Source of the DNA: a virus
Lineage: Duplodnaviria; Caudoviricetes
Strand: one strand, 5' to 3'
Length of the DNA stretch: 38,709 nucleotides
Virus record (IMG/VR): IMGVR_UViG_3300011338_000746
Span: 1 to 38,709 of that record
Shown one piece after another: positions 16,598 through 26,428 of the stretch. The notes under the pieces are model-generated. The model ran no database searches. It was not told the origin of the DNA and was given only the letters and a program-made list of their open reading frames with translations. The stretch's first letter is position 1, and each line of letters begins with the position of its first letter. The translations under genes were made by a program, and so were the position numbers.

Positions 16598-19462
16598 TTA
16601 TCCTAGTGCTATTGCGTATGCTATTGCGTCATTTGTTGATACTCCTCCTCCACCACCTGTATATTGTGGGATGTTCAATGTACTACCAACTAATGTAGCT
16701 GCACCACTTGTTCCTGTTGTTGTTAATGTTAATTGTTGTTGTGGGGTAAACCCTAACCAACCTGCAATAGTTTTATTCACCCATAAAGTCCCATCAAATC
16801 CTAATAGATGACCATTTATAGGAGTTGTAGTAATCAAATCCACATCGTGAATTTCTTTTAACTCAAATCCGTTTTGCACCTTTACAAATATTTCACCACT
16901 ACCTGCACTTACTTTTGTAACTATGCCAATAAAAACTAAATGAGCTGGTGCGTATGGTTTATTTACAAGCCCATAAATCAATGCACCATTTACACCTAAC
17001 CAAACTGGATCTCCTGCGGTTTGCCCTGCTGTATTTAAACCACTTAACAACCCCTCTGTAATTACAAACCCCGTTTGCGTTCCACCTGTTGTCGTGATGT
17101 CGGACTGCATAAGCCCCATTGTTTTACTAGATGTGGCTTCGCTTGCATTACTAGCTTTACCAACTAGCATATTAGTACCATCTGCACCTGTTACATAAAC
17201 CGGAGTTCCTTTGGTAATTGTCCCATTTAATCCATTATTCTTTACAGTATGCTTTACTTGACTAGTCCAATCTGCAAAATTATCTTGCCAATAAGTATTA
17301 TAATCAGTAGCATCTATCTTTGTTAATATTTGCCCTGCTGTTCCCCCTGCTGGTACACCTTGTGCAGATATAGTATTAATGTTACCATTTAATTTTTGAA
17401 TAGCTTGTAGTATTGTATCTGTTGCACTTACTGTTCCTGCACTACTTGTATATCCTGTTAATTGGGTAGCTAATACTCTTGCAGTAGTAAAATATAAATT
17501 AGTTAATTCGCTAATATTTGATGTGGTTAAACTTACAGCACCTACTTGACCATTTACGCTACTTACTGCATCTGTATTATCTACTTTTTGCCAAATAGTA
17601 CCATTATAAATTGCCCAATCTCCTATTTGAAAATCTATATTTCCACTACCTAAATTTCTTGTTCCTGCAACTGATACTACATAATAGCTACCTTTTGTTC
17701 CTGAACTATCTGCTAATGAAGGGGAGTTTGTTGTTGCATTCCATACACCTTGATATATTGCCCCACCTAATACTCCATTTATTTGACTTTGTAGTTTCCC
17801 AAATGCTTGTAGTATGCTATCAGTAGCACTAATGCTTGAACCACTTACACTTAACCCTGTTAATACTTTTGCTAATACTGCTGAATTTAGTATTGAAGGG
17901 TTTGGGTATGTTCCACTCAATTCACCACCTGCGCTTATCCCACTAATTGTAGAGATAAATCCACTAGGATTAGCCATTGGGTATTGTTGCACATTATCTA
18001 CATTACCTAAACCTACATCTGTTTTTGTTAAATCAATATTTCCACTTCCAAGTAAACTTTGACCTTCAATTGTTTTTATATTAGTTCCACTAATTAAAGT
18101 ATCTTGTTTACTACTAGCTAATCCACTATATTGGGTGTTAGTAGCATTATCACCAGTATTTGTTCCACTAGTGTTATTTAAAATAGTTTGTTGTGCATCA
18201 GTAATATAACGCTTATCAGTACTATCGGTTACTATAGCTGTAGTTAGTGTATTCCATTGAGTATTATAATCAGTGGCATTTACTTTTATAAGTGCTTGAT
18301 TAGTTGTACCTCCAGAAGGTAATAATGCTTTCCAATCTATATCTGTAACATGCCACATATATGTGCCATATACATTATCATAAGAACCTATTATAGTAGT
18401 AATACTTCCTTTTAAAATAAGGGAAGTTTGTAATGTAAATTGTTCTGTATTTAAAATATTATCTCCACTAAAAGCATTTAAAGTTCCATTATTTCTATAC
18501 TGATTTAGTATATATATTGGAATATTTATATTCTTTTTTGTAAGTTTAGGTAAATTAATAGTAGCAGGATCCCCAGCTACAATTCTATACATCTGATACT
18601 TTAATGGTTCTATATTCCAAGGACCAGTACTACTTGTATCAATTGTATAAGAACGCATTTGACCATATGCATTAGTATAATCAATAATATACCAACCTTT
18701 ACCAGCAACTCCTATTAATTGACAATAACTAGATTGTATTGTATAAGGTGTAGTTGTTGAATTTTGTTCTGTATTTTTAGCAGATATAGGAATTAAATTA
18801 TCCCCAAGACTATTTAAAAAAATATCATATCTATGACCGTCAAAGAACGCTAAATATATATTTTCAGTTATATTATCAAGAGGGGGTAATTCAATTGTAC
18901 AACTATTATTTCCAATAATTGTATATAATTGATAAGAAGTATCTATTGCAAATGTTGAAAAAACAGAAGTATCAATATCCGCTCTATTTAATATATTACT
19001 TACACTTGAAATAGCATTCCATACAGCAAGAGCTGTAGGTAATTGACTATCTGTGCTAGAACTTGAAATAGACGTTTGAACAACACCTGTTGCAAAATCC
19101 GTTGTTTCAATGTTAGTAATACTATTACCAACACCATTTGCATCAATGGTTTTATTAGTTAAGGTATTAGTACTAGATTCTGTAAGAAAATCTACACCTG
19201 CTACACCTAAAGTTACAACTCCAGTTGAAGATACTTTAATAATACCTCCAGCTGAAATAAAATCTTTTATTATTTTATTTGTGCCATCTGAAACTTGTAG
19301 TATAGAACTAGCACTTGCATTACTTGTTTTGGTAACAACATTAATAGGAATAGTATTAGTTAATGTACGAAGATTCACAGCATCCTGAGGATTTAATGGA
19401 TCTGGTACATTTTCTATTTTTTTATTATTAGCGTTTAAGTTATTTGTAAGTATTCCACTCAT
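16598..19462 (-). CDS. mosaic tail-fibre protein (954 aa)
   Basis: N-terminal KIENVPDP..PQDAVN stalk motif; DVGLGNVDN, YQGVWNATTNSP, GDWAIYNGTIWQKVDNTDAVSSVNG modules; internal duplications. Confidence 0.8.
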   Translation of the reverse strand: MSGILTNNLNANNKKIENVPDPLNPQDAVNLRTLTNTIPINVVTKTSNASASSILQVSDGTNKIIKDFISAGGIIKVSSTGVVTLGVAGVDFLTESSTNTLTNKTIDANGVGNSITNIETTDFATGVVQTSISSSSTDSQLPTALAVWNAISSVSNILNRADIDTSVFSTFAIDTSYQLYTIIGNNSCTIELPPLDNITENIYLAFFDGHRYDIFLNSLGDNLIPISAKNTEQNSTTTPYTIQSSYCQLIGVAGKGWYIIDYTNAYGQMRSYTIDTSSTGPWNIEPLKYQMYRIVAGDPATINLPKLTKKNINIPIYILNQYRNNGTLNAFSGDNILNTEQFTLQTSLILKGSITTIIGSYDNVYGTYMWHVTDIDWKALLPSGGTTNQALIKVNATDYNTQWNTLTTAIVTDSTDKRYITDAQQTILNNTSGTNTGDNATNTQYSGLASSKQDTLISGTNIKTIEGQSLLGSGNIDLTKTDVGLGNVDNVQQYPMANPSGFISTISGISAGGELSGTYPNPSILNSAVLAKVLTGLSVSGSSISATDSILQAFGKLQSQINGVLGGAIYQGVWNATTNSPSLADSSGTKGSYYVVSVAGTRNLGSGNIDFQIGDWAIYNGTIWQKVDNTDAVSSVNGQVGAVSLTTSNISELTNLYFTTARVLATQLTGYTSSAGTVSATDTILQAIQKLNGNINTISAQGVPAGGTAGQILTKIDATDYNTYWQDNFADWTSQVKHTVKNNGLNGTITKGTPVYVTGADGTNMLVGKASNASEATSSKTMGLMQSDITTTGGTQTGFVITEGLLSGLNTAGQTAGDPVWLGVNGALIYGLVNKPYAPAHLVFIGIVTKVSAGSGEIFVKVQNGFELKEIHDVDLITTTPINGHLLGFDGTLWVNKTIAGWLGFTPQQQLTLTTTGTSGAATLVGSTLNIPQYTGGGGGVSTNDAIAYAIALG

Positions 19463-19992
19463 TAACTACCTATTATTTTACCTGTTACTTGTGAATCAAA
19501 AGTTAATGTTGTTATTGTATTAGTTTGGTTATCTGTTCGTACATAACCTATAAGTTCATTTCCTTGAAGATCTGTAACATTAATAACCGGGGGAAACCCA
19601 AAGTTATGAACAAATGTCCAAATAGTTGAAGGAATTGCTTGAATATGAACTAAGTGTCTTTCACTATTTGTAATGTTAGACAGTGAAGATTGAATATTAG
19701 ATATATTGGTAAGAAACCAATTATATAATGTATCATCTAATAATACTATATTAGATATACCTTTTTTATTTTTATTCTTAGTATAAAGAATTTCTTGAGC
19801 TTTTAACTCTTCTTCTGAAAACTGAGAGTAATAAGAGTAAAAGTCTTTCTTTATTTTAAGATATTTAGGGTCATCATCAAAATCTCTTTTTTGTTTTTTA
19901 AGTCCATAATTATTCTCTTGAATAATATTACTTGTATTTGAAACAAATTTACATTTTAATTTAGACAACTTTTTACCTATATTCTCTAGCAT
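19462..19992 (-). CDS. putative structural protein
   Basis: C-terminal WTFVHNFGFPPVINVTD beta module; structural gene context. Confidence 0.55.
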   Translation of the reverse strand: MLENIGKKLSKLKCKFVSNTSNIIQENNYGLKKQKRDFDDDPKYLKIKKDFYSYYSQFSEEELKAQEILYTKNKNKKGISNIVLLDDTLYNWFLTNISNIQSSLSNITNSERHLVHIQAIPSTIWTFVHNFGFPPVINVTDLQGNELIGYVRTDNQTNTITTLTFDSQVTGKIIGS

Positions 19993-20528
19993 TTATTATC
20001 CATTTTATTTAACAAATCAACCGCTTCATTATATAAAATTTCTGCTTCAGAAAGAGATAAACAATCTTCAGCAGCAGTTTTACATAAATCAATATTATTT
20101 GAAATTTCCCAAAGTTGATCTACTCTTTCTCTTTTTTGAGTCTGTGTCATATCACATTTTTCTTCTAGAAATTCTGCAACTTTATCAACATAGACTTTAT
20201 TTATGTTAAAGGTATTAAAATAAACGTATTCTACAAATATTTTATCATTAGGATTAATTGAGTAACGTATATGATATGCACCATCTGGTAAAGGTTTTAA
20301 TTGATCAAAATGATTAACCTTTTGAATACCAAGGTTAGACATATTAACATTTAACATGAATCCTTTTAATACATCATAATATTTAGGTTTTTTTTCAAAT
20401 CCCGGAGGAGTGACTTTTAATGTACCACATGAAACTGGTCCATCTGTATTATAAAGAGAAATATCTTTTATTTCAAAAGATTTTCCGGTTTTGCTTGATT
20501 TAAAATCTAAAAGTAGTTGACTAACCAT
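19986..20528 (-). CDS. putative tail/neck structural protein
   Basis: LPDGAYHIRYS Ig-like motif plus helical C-terminus; structural context. Confidence 0.55.
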   Translation of the reverse strand: MVSQLLLDFKSSKTGKSFEIKDISLYNTDGPVSCGTLKVTPPGFEKKPKYYDVLKGFMLNVNMSNLGIQKVNHFDQLKPLPDGAYHIRYSINPNDKIFVEYVYFNTFNINKVYVDKVAEFLEEKCDMTQTQKRERVDQLWEISNNIDLCKTAAEDCLSLSEAEILYNEAVDLLNKMDNKC

Positions 20529-20535
20529 AGTGTAT

Positions 20536-20568
20536 AAAAAAAGGGGATAGGACTATATCCCATCCCCT
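20536..20568 (-). terminator. Rho-independent terminator after the 731-aa structural gene
   Basis: AGGGGATGGGA-TATAG-TCCTATCCCC followed by T7 on minus strand. Confidence 0.85.
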
Positions 20569-20591
20569 ATTTGTAGAATAAAAATTAATTA

Positions 20592-22787
20592 TTAATAGTC
20601 TGATTGACCGATTCTAGTTTCAACAATCACACCAAATGGAGAGAACATTTTATTAAACCAAGTCATTACTGGTTTTGGATCAATACCTTCTTTGATTAAT
20701 AATGGTATTTCATAAATCTCTGCATTTTGCATGTTACCTGACATGTTATTACCTCTATATTGACGATATTTAATATATATTACATTATAGAAAGCTTTTA
20801 AGTCAATTGCGTTATGAATATTTTGATCAAAGATCTCACGAGAACGAGGATCATTTTCAAATGAACTGTTATATAAATAACTAGCTAATTTTAAATATTC
20901 ACGTTTAGCCCATTGACCAGATTGATTTTCTTGAATAGCACTTTGAACTTTTCTAGCCATTGTAGAAGTACCACATGGTTCACCATCATCTTCAACTTCC
21001 CATACTTCCATATGAGTAGGTAAATATGTATAGTAATCTTCAGGAGTCCAAGAACATTCGCCAAATGTATCGTAGTTTGAACTTACTTCAAAACGAATAC
21101 CACATTTGTTTGGTTCAGTAGGAGCAACAACTGTTGGGCAAATTACATCACCCCATGGAGTATTTTCAAATGGAACCACTGTAGGAAATACAGGTAATTG
21201 CTCACTTAAACATCCATCAGCACTCATACATTCTGAATATTGCTCTAATTCGTAGATATCTTCACAAGTACCTGCTGTCTTTAAGATAACAGATCCTGAA
21301 ACAATATTAGTATTATTTGCATATGCAGCAACAACTTCAGCTAATCTAGCACCATTACCACAAGTTTTAGTTAAGATTAATTGTTTTTTCTGAGTAGAAA
21401 TAAACTTATCTTCAGTTTTAACCCAAGTTACAGCAGAAGGAGAACTTGGAGTACATGTAGAACCTCTTGTTAAAGTAAATGAAATCATATCATTTGACAA
21501 AGCTGTCATAATAATTCCAGAATTAACTTCTAATTGATAAATTTCTGTAACATTATTACTGTTAAGTAATGTAGCTGAAAAATCAGATGGAGTTAAAGTA
21601 TGAGCAGTTCCTAAACCAACAACTGTAATATCAATTGCTGTTCCAGCAAAAGAGTTAACAAGAGTTGTAGCTAATTTTAAAGTATTAGCATCAACTTTAA
21701 TTACAAAATAGTTAGTAGCTGTTACTAAACCTGTTGGAGCAGTACCGCCACCATTAGTATATAATACTCTTTGACCAGTTACAAATCCATGAGCTGTACT
21801 TGTAATAGCATTTGTTGTTACGTTTACTCCAGTAACAGTACCGTTAAAAGTTTTACCTCCTGCTGTTTGGTAAGCTGTTACTACAGCTGCTGCATTAGCA
21901 TAAGTAGCTTCATTAGCACTAATAGTATAAAGATCTTTTGCACCAGTTAAAGTATATCCACTAGGACAAACATTACATACTGCTAAATCTACAGGTGTAC
22001 TTGGAGTGTAATCAGTAATAGTAGTAGCATTAATCAAGCAATTTGTAGAATAAGTAGAAATACTACCAACTCTTGCAGTTCTTGTAATTTGCATTGTTGG
22101 ATACTGACGTTGAACAGCATTTAATGCTTCTTGATCTCCATTATCAGATACTGAAATACTCATTACTTTATGAGTAGCAGTTTTAGCAGGAATATCAGGA
22201 TATACAACTTCAGCACGTACAAATTTAGAAATCTCTACATCTTTGTTAATAGCTTCAACTAACATTTTAGTATATTTACGGCAATGTACAGTATTGTCAG
22301 GACAACCTGTAGAACATTCGTCAGAATCACAGCAAGCTGTAGAAATACTAACATCACGTAATACTTGTTTTGTTAATTGATTGTAAACACCTTGACCGTA
22401 GATACGGAAACGGAATCTATGAGTTTTTCCACACTCAAATTTTAAAGTTTCACAATCTGAAACACCGTCCCAACCTAAAATCCATTTTTCATTTTGAGAT
22501 TTACGGAATGGAGAATACTCAATGTGCATTACATCTTGAGGTAAGAAATCAGCAGTTTTAGTGCTTTTTTTCATACCGCTTAAAAATACACCTAAAGCAT
22601 CTTTAGTGTGATAAGAACCTTGAGCAATACGCACAGGTTTGTGGCTGTCCAATGTTGATACAGCTTTTCCAGTTTTAGCATCAAATACTCCTATGATACC
22701 AGCAGGTAAATCTTTAGTGCTACCACTTTCAGAAAAACCAGCGAATAAAAGCATGGGATGATCTAGTACATGAAATTTGTTTGTCAT
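20592..22787 (-). CDS. Cys-rich structural protein of the capsid block (auxiliary capsid/decoration-like) with inserted beta domain
   Basis: Third large gene after MCP, own terminator; internal HGFVTGQRVLY...NYFVIKVDANTLKLA module. Confidence 0.6.
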   Translation of the reverse strand: MTNKFHVLDHPMLLFAGFSESGSTKDLPAGIIGVFDAKTGKAVSTLDSHKPVRIAQGSYHTKDALGVFLSGMKKSTKTADFLPQDVMHIEYSPFRKSQNEKWILGWDGVSDCETLKFECGKTHRFRFRIYGQGVYNQLTKQVLRDVSISTACCDSDECSTGCPDNTVHCRKYTKMLVEAINKDVEISKFVRAEVVYPDIPAKTATHKVMSISVSDNGDQEALNAVQRQYPTMQITRTARVGSISTYSTNCLINATTITDYTPSTPVDLAVCNVCPSGYTLTGAKDLYTISANEATYANAAAVVTAYQTAGGKTFNGTVTGVNVTTNAITSTAHGFVTGQRVLYTNGGGTAPTGLVTATNYFVIKVDANTLKLATTLVNSFAGTAIDITVVGLGTAHTLTPSDFSATLLNSNNVTEIYQLEVNSGIIMTALSNDMISFTLTRGSTCTPSSPSAVTWVKTEDKFISTQKKQLILTKTCGNGARLAEVVAAYANNTNIVSGSVILKTAGTCEDIYELEQYSECMSADGCLSEQLPVFPTVVPFENTPWGDVICPTVVAPTEPNKCGIRFEVSSNYDTFGECSWTPEDYYTYLPTHMEVWEVEDDGEPCGTSTMARKVQSAIQENQSGQWAKREYLKLASYLYNSSFENDPRSREIFDQNIHNAIDLKAFYNVIYIKYRQYRGNNMSGNMQNAEIYEIPLLIKEGIDPKPVMTWFNKMFSPFGVIVETRIGQSDY

Positions 22788-22811
22788 ATTTATTTATTTT
22801 ATTTTAAATTT

Positions 22812-23510
22812 TTAATTATTGTTTTCTTTTCTTTGATTTGCAGTAGTTAAAGCAGATGCATGTTCAATATCAGCAGCTATAATTGTAACTGCTTCATCTA
22901 TGATTAATTCTATTACATCATCTTTAAACTCTAAAGGTATATTTGTTCCTAGTGATTCATCCGGATAAATTAATCCTTCAATATCAAAATGAACTGGCTT
23001 TCTATAATAAGTTAATAAAACTTTTTCGATTTTGAATTCATTGTTGGTATAAACTTTAAGTCTATTATTAGCTAGGGTATAAAAACACTGTCTAAATTCA
23101 AAATCTGGTTTTTTATTTTCGTCACTTAACCAATTATTTGCATTTGATTCTTCAATATGATGAACATCTTGCATTAATTGTCCTGTACATTCACCTTTTT
23201 TAGCGTATACTAATACACCGTTAAACCATCCATAATTAGAAGGTAAGACATCTGTTTGACAGTATAAGTCACTACTCCTTACAGAAAGCGGCTCTGTTTT
23301 TAAAAGAACTTGTAAATCGTCTACTCTTGTTAAACTTTCTTCTCCTTGATCTCTAGTTGAATTAGAACCTTTTAATTGTCTTCTAACCCATTCTAGTTGA
23401 GCTTTATTAATGGCCTCAACCATTGCTAGTTCATCAACATTAGCATAAGCATTACTATTAGATTTATTTAATCTATATTCTAACTTTTGTATTACTTCTG
23501 CCGGGATCAT
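22812..23510 (-). CDS. putative head-tail connector/ring protein
   Basis: INKAQLEW, LPSNY, LTYYRKP and ELIIDEAV pattern of ring/adaptor proteins; position after MCP. Confidence 0.6.
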   Translation of the reverse strand: MIPAEVIQKLEYRLNKSNSNAYANVDELAMVEAINKAQLEWVRRQLKGSNSTRDQGEESLTRVDDLQVLLKTEPLSVRSSDLYCQTDVLPSNYGWFNGVLVYAKKGECTGQLMQDVHHIEESNANNWLSDENKKPDFEFRQCFYTLANNRLKVYTNNEFKIEKVLLTYYRKPVHFDIEGLIYPDESLGTNIPLEFKDDVIELIIDEAVTIIAADIEHASALTTANQRKENNN

Positions 23511-24565
23511 TAAAATTTATTCCATTTTTTTGTTACTTCTGCTAACAGATTCATCATTTCTTCTTGATGAGCAGGATTCATAACCATTTCAATTACTTTT
23601 GGTTCATCTCCTGTTTCGTATTTAAAACCTGTTGAAGTATTAACATACTTACCTTTTGTATTAGTTGTAAGACATCCATAATGAATAGCATCTTTAACTA
23701 TAGCAGTGGCAACTGCTCTTTTTTGGTCTGTGTTGTATAAAATTACAGCTTCTGTAAATCTAACCGCACTTGACTTTTTACCTTTACCATAATCACCATT
23801 AATAAATCTTTTTAATGAATCATATATAATAGGTTTTGGTGTGTTGTTTGTAACTCCTTCATTAGCAGTTATTAATATTTTATGAAGGAAGAATAATTTT
23901 CTTAAAGCATCTGCACTTTCATCAATTTCACTTAATTGACGAATTGCTTTATCTACTAATCTAGAAGTATCTTCTTTCATATAAGCTATATGAGGTTCAT
24001 GAAGATAAAATCTATATCTAGAAGATAATGTTGCATCCTGTGAAGGAGCAACATATGGATAACCTCCACCTTTAATAGCCCAATAAGTTACAAGATGTTC
24101 TGGGTTTTCTAAATCTAATACAGTTTCTTCTGAATCTATAATTAGAAATTGTTTAGACCAAAAGTCATCATTAAACTCATCTAAAACTTCTTGTCCAAAG
24201 ATCTCTTTCAAAGTCTGTCTACTTTTTTCTAAAAAAGTTAAATCAGATTCTGATGTATAATTTTTAGGATTTAATCCTGATAAATATTGATTCCTATTAC
24301 CTCTTTCAATACTTGCAAGTTCCATTTTTCTTGAAAAACCTCCTGGATATAAATCATCTCCAAGATATGCAGCTTTGTTTGGGTCTCTATAGTTTTCTGA
24401 AGCATTATGTCTAATAAAAACAAATTTACTTCTTTTAACAGTAGGTTCATCTACTGTATCTTCTTGAGTTGGAACTGAGAATAAATCTTTTAAAGATTCA
24501 TCCATTATCTGTTCAAGTTCCGTTTTCTCTAATAATTCTTCTTGTGTGTTTATTTTCTTTGACAT
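23510..24565 (-). CDS. uncharacterised capsid-block protein (crAss gene-75-like by position)
   Basis: First large gene downstream of MCP; LDLENPEHLVTY; assignment by synteny only. Confidence 0.5.
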   Translation of the reverse strand: MSKKINTQEELLEKTELEQIMDESLKDLFSVPTQEDTVDEPTVKRSKFVFIRHNASENYRDPNKAAYLGDDLYPGGFSRKMELASIERGNRNQYLSGLNPKNYTSESDLTFLEKSRQTLKEIFGQEVLDEFNDDFWSKQFLIIDSEETVLDLENPEHLVTYWAIKGGGYPYVAPSQDATLSSRYRFYLHEPHIAYMKEDTSRLVDKAIRQLSEIDESADALRKLFFLHKILITANEGVTNNTPKPIIYDSLKRFINGDYGKGKKSSAVRFTEAVILYNTDQKRAVATAIVKDAIHYGCLTTNTKGKYVNTSTGFKYETGDEPKVIEMVMNPAHQEEMMNLLAEVTKKWNKF

Positions 24566-24631
24566 TCGTTTGGTTTTTTATATAAAGAAAAAAAAATGTG
24601 CTTAAGGATATCACCCATCCTGCTGTGGACT

Positions 24632-24682
24632 TTAGCAGCCCTTTTTCCCACCTTTCGGTTTAGGTTTCATTGTTTTTGCCAT
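24632..24682 (-). CDS. candidate 16-aa basic micropeptide MAKTMKPKPKGGKKGC
   Basis: Read manually; TATATTTG at 24690-24697 upstream; followed by hairpin and T-run. Confidence 0.4.
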   Translation of the reverse strand: MAKTMKPKPKGGKKGC

Positions 24683-24703
24683 AATCTTGCAAATATAATG
24701 TTA

Positions 24704-26401
24704 TTACATTAAATTACCAAAAGGTTTTCCTGTTTTTGGATTATATGGTAAGAATACTAAAACTTGTGTAGGATCCTTAACCCATATTGTATCTACTGTT
24801 TTACGCATAAATGCACCAAAACCTGAAGTATGTGTAGTTGATAAATGACTTCTCATTCCTGAATTTTCTACATAACCAGCACCGCTATTACGATACATTG
24901 GATGTGTTTCAGTACCAGGGATTACATAGTGAGTAACTTTATTGTCACTTCTACGTAAAATGAAGATATTATCTTTTTTGCTATTAACATTGTATGCTAT
25001 GAAAGCAGCACTAGATAATCTGTATGTACCATATGCGCTAGTAATCATTGGATTATCAATATCAGATGCATTCCAAGTGTTGTCAAAAGCACTATTATAT
25101 TTAAAGCTTACTTTATATACCCCAGGAATTGTATATCCAGAGAATAATGTAGCTTCCATTTTTAAACTTGTTGGACCTCCTTTTAAGAAACCAAATTCGC
25201 TATTATGCAATTGAACGCTACTACCAAATCCAGAAGTTTGGAATTTGTTTTGGATAGCTTTACTTGCCATTTGAATACCTAAACGTCCAGTTTCTAAAAC
25301 AATCTCAGGTTCGTTACCTATAACTGTATAGTCTTTTCTATTTAAGATATAATTCTCAAGACCTGTATCAATAATACCTAATGCAAATTGCTTAACATTA
25401 AATGGACAGATATAACCTGATTTCAATTGAGACCACAAACCTACTGGTAATTGTTGCTCTTCTTGACCATCAAAAGATTTAACCATTCCACCTGTACCCC
25501 ACATCATCATATTTTGCTCATCTCTCATCATAATTTGATAAGAAATATCATCCATTAAATATGCAAATGCACGAGATGCTTTACCAGAAGTTAAAGCTTG
25601 TTTCATTTGATCCATTGACATATCTGAATTTGGAGCATTCAAATCTGGAATAGTAGGATCAGTTGTGTCTTGAACACGGAAGTATTCTTTTACTTTAGTG
25701 TAGTAGTTCTTCAAGTTGATAGAACTATCTGAAGTACCGTCAGAGAAACGAGTAACTTCTTTACTTAACCAGTAGTGAGAGTTAACTTCTGCATTAGAAA
25801 CTTTAAATCTATATTCTTTAGCAGAATTAGTTCCTTTTAATTTCCATGGAGTATACTCTTGAGAATATTCAGTATTGATAAAGCTACCAAAACGACCTAA
25901 AGGTTGGTTAGTGTTTAAATATTCTTTAGGGCAAAATGTTAAAGTTGCACTAATAAATTGTACAGTTATGATAAAATTACTACCAACACTACGTACTTGA
26001 TCTGGAGTTACCAATAAAGAAAACTCACTAAATTGTGAAGGTTTTAAAATAGTACCAGGACCAAAAGCATCACTATCAACAAGTAATTCAAATTTAGCAT
26101 CATCTTCTCCAGGTTTATCAGAATCTGATAAATCTTTTACGATTCTAATTAAAGAGTCTTGTTTAACAGGAACTTTATAACTATATGTATCACCATCATG
26201 ATAAATAATGTTATTAGTGTCAAAGTCTGACATTTTAAATAAAGGTACTTCAGATTTCATTGCTTGAGCATAGAAATTAATTATACCTAAATCTTTTACA
26301 TTGTCAGAAGAATTGGTACGGAATGCCAAGTTAGTCATATTTAAATGAGACTGAGCATCAGGTAGTGTTGTTTGTTTGTAAAAAATACCGTAAGGATTCA
26401 T
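24704..26401 (-). CDS. major capsid protein (crAss-like size)
   Basis: 565 aa; order terminase-portal-scaffold-this gene; EQNMMMWG...GLWSQL motif typical of HK97-fold MCPs. Confidence 0.8.
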   Translation of the reverse strand: MNPYGIFYKQTTLPDAQSHLNMTNLAFRTNSSDNVKDLGIINFYAQAMKSEVPLFKMSDFDTNNIIYHDGDTYSYKVPVKQDSLIRIVKDLSDSDKPGEDDAKFELLVDSDAFGPGTILKPSQFSEFSLLVTPDQVRSVGSNFIITVQFISATLTFCPKEYLNTNQPLGRFGSFINTEYSQEYTPWKLKGTNSAKEYRFKVSNAEVNSHYWLSKEVTRFSDGTSDSSINLKNYYTKVKEYFRVQDTTDPTIPDLNAPNSDMSMDQMKQALTSGKASRAFAYLMDDISYQIMMRDEQNMMMWGTGGMVKSFDGQEEQQLPVGLWSQLKSGYICPFNVKQFALGIIDTGLENYILNRKDYTVIGNEPEIVLETGRLGIQMASKAIQNKFQTSGFGSSVQLHNSEFGFLKGGPTSLKMEATLFSGYTIPGVYKVSFKYNSAFDNTWNASDIDNPMITSAYGTYRLSSAAFIAYNVNSKKDNIFILRRSDNKVTHYVIPGTETHPMYRNSGAGYVENSGMRSHLSTTHTSGFGAFMRKTVDTIWVKDPTQVLVFLPYNPKTGKPFGNLM

Positions 26402-26428
26402 ATTATGTTTTATTTTTTTTTAAAATTT

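Noticed and set aside
12248-19462. Diversity-generating retroelement or invertible shufflon suggested by repeats
   Set aside because: Repeats are diverged protein-level paralogy without adenine-specific differences; no reverse transcriptase or recombinase in the window
24600-24685. c-di-GMP-I (GEMM) riboswitch, suggested by GGCAAA and CCTAAACC-GAAA-GGT
   Set aside because: Order of elements and the GACGCAAA core do not match; kept only as an unidentified structured/peptide element
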